This document shows positions 60,574 to 64,000 of a stretch of 64,000 bases of DNA, piece after piece (position 1 is the first letter of the stretch; each line of letters opens with the position of its first letter). The position numbers and the translations under genes were made by a program. Source of the stretch: Octopus vulgaris (Eukaryota); contig OX597817.1 of assembly GCA_951406725.2 (NCBI GenBank), positions 166,966,001 through 167,030,000 of the forward strand. The letters run 5' to 3'. The notes under the pieces were generated by a model. It saw only the letters and a list, made by a program, of their open reading frames with translations, was not told the DNA's origin and ran no database searches.

Positions 60574-61770
60574 CTTCATTCGGATTGATTAAAAACGTTA
60601 GAATTAGAATGCATACAATCTATCCTGTCACTTAATGGTTTGGTACGGACCACCTGCCGTCGCTCGATCGATCAGCGAATGTTTTCGCCACGGAAACTCG
60701 TCGGAGAGGAGAGAGAGATACAACAACAACAGCAGCAGCAGCACAGAGGCAATCGAGAGAGACACAAAGAGGCAAGGCACAACTGGCTTACATTTAACAC
60801 TAGTTTATGACAATCAATTGTTACAACATCAAATACATTTCAGATACATTTAAAAGAGGACATGCAAGTAACAACTCAATACATCATACAGGTATACCAC
60901 AGATCAAAGCATTTAACAACATGCAGATACAATATAACCGTCCGGTAACAACACATCAAGTTCAATAACAACAGCATTTCAAAGGACATTAAAGGCCTAA
61001 CAGTTCAATGTTCATTATACAAATAATTCACGTTACAAATCAATGTTCAAATCCAATTAAACGAATAACGTTCACAGTTCTTTAAAGTCTTTTTCTACTT
61101 TCTTTTGTAACATGTATCAACACAATTCTGAACATAAATACCACAACTCGATAATTGACACATCGACAAGTCCTTTACTCAATTCACATTGTTCATTAAA
61201 TTCCTTTTTACTGTCTCATTTCTTTTCAACATTTCGATACATCGATTCCTTTTCCTTCTTTTTCTTCACATATCAATACACAATTCACGTACCTTACATT
61301 AGCCAACGCCTCATATTGTACCTCATCTCTCTCTCAGTACTGCTAGCTCCAACTTGCCAAACTCTTGCTCCGAATTCCCAAATCCTCGCTCCTAAAATCC
61401 CAACTTCTCGCTTTGACGACCGAATACCGACTGTCCAAAAACCTCTTGCTCTATCACTCCCCTCAATCTGTCTTAGCACTGCTAATATTCTCTCTATCTG
61501 CTCCCAGATTCCTTAATCTGCCTATTTTCATCGACGCTGTTGCTGTCACTCTCTCATGACAGATCTCAGATCCCTTACTCTGTCTTTCTCACTACTTTCT
61601 TCTTCCTCTTCTTCAAGGGGTGTTTAGAACGAACTTCAGTTCACCCGAAAGGGGTCGCAGGTCTACCCAGAGCTAATTAATCAACCCGCAACAGGCAGAA
61701 CAATGGATATATTCCAAAGTAGGTCGCCGGCCAACTGTCCTTAGATTGAACCTTCATAGCAGTATTTTTG

Positions 61771-61852
<82 letters not shown>

Positions 61853-61865
61853 TATATATATAAAT

Positions 61866-61958
61866 AATTGCAGCGTGGAAGATGTTTATAAGCCATTTAA
61901 GAAACACACTAAAACTGTGTTTCTTAAATGGCTTATAAACACCTTCCTCGCTGCAATT
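61866..61958. repeat. Near-perfect 43-bp inverted repeat with 7-nt loop
   Basis: AATTGCAGCGTGGAAGATGTTTATAAGCCATTTAAGAAACACA-CTAAAAC-TGTGTTTCTTAAATGGCTTATAAACACCTTCCTCGCTGCAATT; two mismatches. Confidence 0.9.
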
Positions 61959-62019
61959 GTTTTCGTTCCAGCACACCGTATCAGATCAGGTCACTTGCTA
62001 TGCAAGTACATCTCCATCA

Positions 62020-62052
<33 letters not shown>

Positions 62053-62419
62053 ATATATATATGTGTGCATTGGGGTCATCATTACCTTTATTATTATTAT
62101 TATTATTATTGTTATTATTATTATTATTATTATCATTATTGTTGTTGTTGTTGTTGTTGTTGTTATTATTATTACCTCCCTTTCTTTCATTCAACCTCTT
62201 TTTTCCAGTCACCTCGCCATGTTGGACCGTTGAACCCCACATTTCTTTTCTCTCTCCGTTTTTTTTTTCCATTCTCTCTCCATTTTTTCCTCTTAATCCT
62301 TTCTGTCGAAGAGTGTACGTAAAAGACTTTTCCATTCTTCACGAGCGTTAAACTAATACACCTGCTTGTTGTTCATAAACCTGAACTATAAATTTGAACT
62401 ATATATATGTGTGTATGTG

Positions 62420-62483
62420 TAGAAGAAGAAGAAGAAGAAGAAGAAGAAGAAGAAGAAGAAGAAGAAGAAGAAGAAGAAGAAGA
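62420..62483 (+). repeat. (GAA)n microsatellite
   Basis: Direct reading. Confidence 0.95.
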
Positions 62484-62487
62484 AACT

Positions 62488-62826
62488 GGAGATAAGTAAG
62501 TTAATACTTGGTTATTATTAACAATTGGTTATCTTAGCTCCTTACAGTCGTTTCAATTAATACTCAATAATTTAATAACAAATTTGCACATTAAATTTAC
62601 ATTTATGTAACATGGGTATAATTTCATCAGAGGATAATATGGGCTAGGCTAAAGCCCAAATATCACAAAGTTACATGATTTTTCCTCTGATGAAATTATA
62701 CTCATCTCACATAAATGTAAATTAAATATGCAAATTTTAATTAAATTATTTGAGTATTCATTAAAACGGCTGTAAGAAGAGAAGATGACCAATTTGTTAA
62801 TAATAAACAGAAATTCCTTATCTTCA
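62488..62826. mobile_element. Inverted pair of ~145-bp arms, each with a long-stem-II hammerhead motif (Penelope pseudo-LTR-like)
   Basis: Minus 62540-62633: CCT-CTGATGA-AATT...AATT-GAAA-C GACT G-TA-AGG. The plus copy at 62684-62776 has the same layout with GAAA changed to AAAA. Confidence 0.6.
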
Positions 62827-62969
62827 TTTTGTTATCTCCTCTCAAATGGATATAAACTATATATATACCATCTGTTTTAAGGGAATTTCATTCCCCAAAA
62901 CACTAGGTATTGAAGCAGTATCTTCTTGGATGTAATCATCCAAGTTAATCACTAGGTTAACATATCCTC

Positions 62970-63004
<35 letters not shown>

Positions 63005-63488
63005 GAAATTTACAGAAAAAAACAAAAAAAAAAGACATAGACGCACGGGAAGGTGAGAAAGTATGTTACGTTTCGAGCTTACGCTCTTCAACAGAGAGGA
63101 ACACGAAGAAATAAACAGAGAGAAATGAAAAAAAAAACAATCATTGCGACTGGTGAGAGAACACAAAAAAGAGAAGAAAAGGAAAAAGAGAGAGAGAGGC
63201 AAAATAACAACCTACGGAGTAACAAAAACAGAAAGCTCAAAAATGTTCAAAAGGGTTCAAAAGTCATGGTGTATTGGAGTGAATTTTCATCAATGGAAGC
63301 ATCCAGTGAAATCCATATGTATATCCAATAGTAATCCGTGAGGAATGCTGGTATGTAGATGAGGAGAGGTGCCGAAAGTTCAGGTAGTAGTAAGTCTGAA
63401 GTGTGTGAGGATAAAACTGGTGTGATCACACACACTCACACACACACATACATACACACACACACACTGTGGAGAGACTTTTTGAACA

Positions 63489-63524
<36 letters not shown>

Positions 63525-63568
63525 CACTGTGGAGAGACTTTTTGAACACTGTGTATATATATATATAT

Positions 63569-64000
63569 AAACTTAGATAAACTTAGATGTGTTTCGACCA
63601 ATGATTGGTCCAGGCCATGTCTAACTTAATAGCACCACCTGATAGGATTATTTGAATCCTGTTTAAGTCAAGTTTTGCTTATGGTCCATTCAAGTAGTGA
63701 GTTTTTGTTGGGTGAGTTGTATCCAATTATGGGTGGCTTATCTGGTATTCTTTGAAGGAATCTATCCAGACTCTGTTTAAAGTTAATGGGATCCTGTTCC
63801 TCTTTGATCTCTTTCGGGACAATGTTAAATAGGGCAGGGCCTGTTGAGGAAAAGAAATTATGTTGTAGTGTATAAGTATGCTGGGATCTTGAATTGGGCA
63901 GGAGACGTATGGCCCGTGGTCCCAGTCTTGGATGAACATTGAAGCTTATGTTCAGGTCGTTTGGGCAAAGTTGGCGGTATATTCTCCACATCGTACAAAT
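63569..64000 (-). mobile_element. CR1-group LINE 3' end
   Basis: ORF 63668..63991: HPRLG...GPALFNIVPKEIK...FKQSLDRFLQRIPDKP...NSLLEW; 3' UTR CATGGCCTGGACCAATCATTGGTCGAAAC and a tandem TCTAAGTTTA tail. Confidence 0.82.

Noticed and set aside
61746-62351. Poly-L/I/Y/C/N ORFs
   Set aside because: Trinucleotide (ATT)n/(GTT)n and (TA)n microsatellites.

Overview
AT-rich, repeat-dense animal genomic DNA. The SINE families and the (TA)n/(CATA)n microsatellite load suggest an octopus or other coleoid cephalopod (inference, not verified). Four zones. (1) 1-7.4 kb is a Helitron cluster. An apparently intact minus-strand RepHel ORF (ATG at 2619, 873 uninterrupted codons running off the left edge, absent from the ORF track) carries nine 23-aa STPR-like repeats, a Cys finger and all three HUH-Rep motifs. 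Its 5'-TC end at 3770 sits just after the Walker-B DEAT of an older, frameshifted Helitron. (2) ~7.5-36.55 kb is a 29-kb satellite built on the 13-mer CATCAAACATTTT, with nested higher-order periods (663, 855, ~4040 and ~4730 bp) and a 100-N gap; all its 'SSNIFIKHFHQTF' ORFs are artefacts. (3) 36.8-40.5 kb holds a complete non-autonomous Helitron, several SINEs and a CR1-group LINE 3' end. (4) 40.6-60.6 kb holds six phase-consistent minus-strand exons of the C-terminal half of an SLCO/OATP transporter (Kazal domain); its 5' exons are probably beyond the window. The introns contain three tRNA-SINE families, hAT MITEs, Dong/R4 fragments, a Penelope element with a 774-bp inverted repeat, a duplicated exon end, and several hammerhead-ribozyme-like motifs in short microsatellite-embedded elements.
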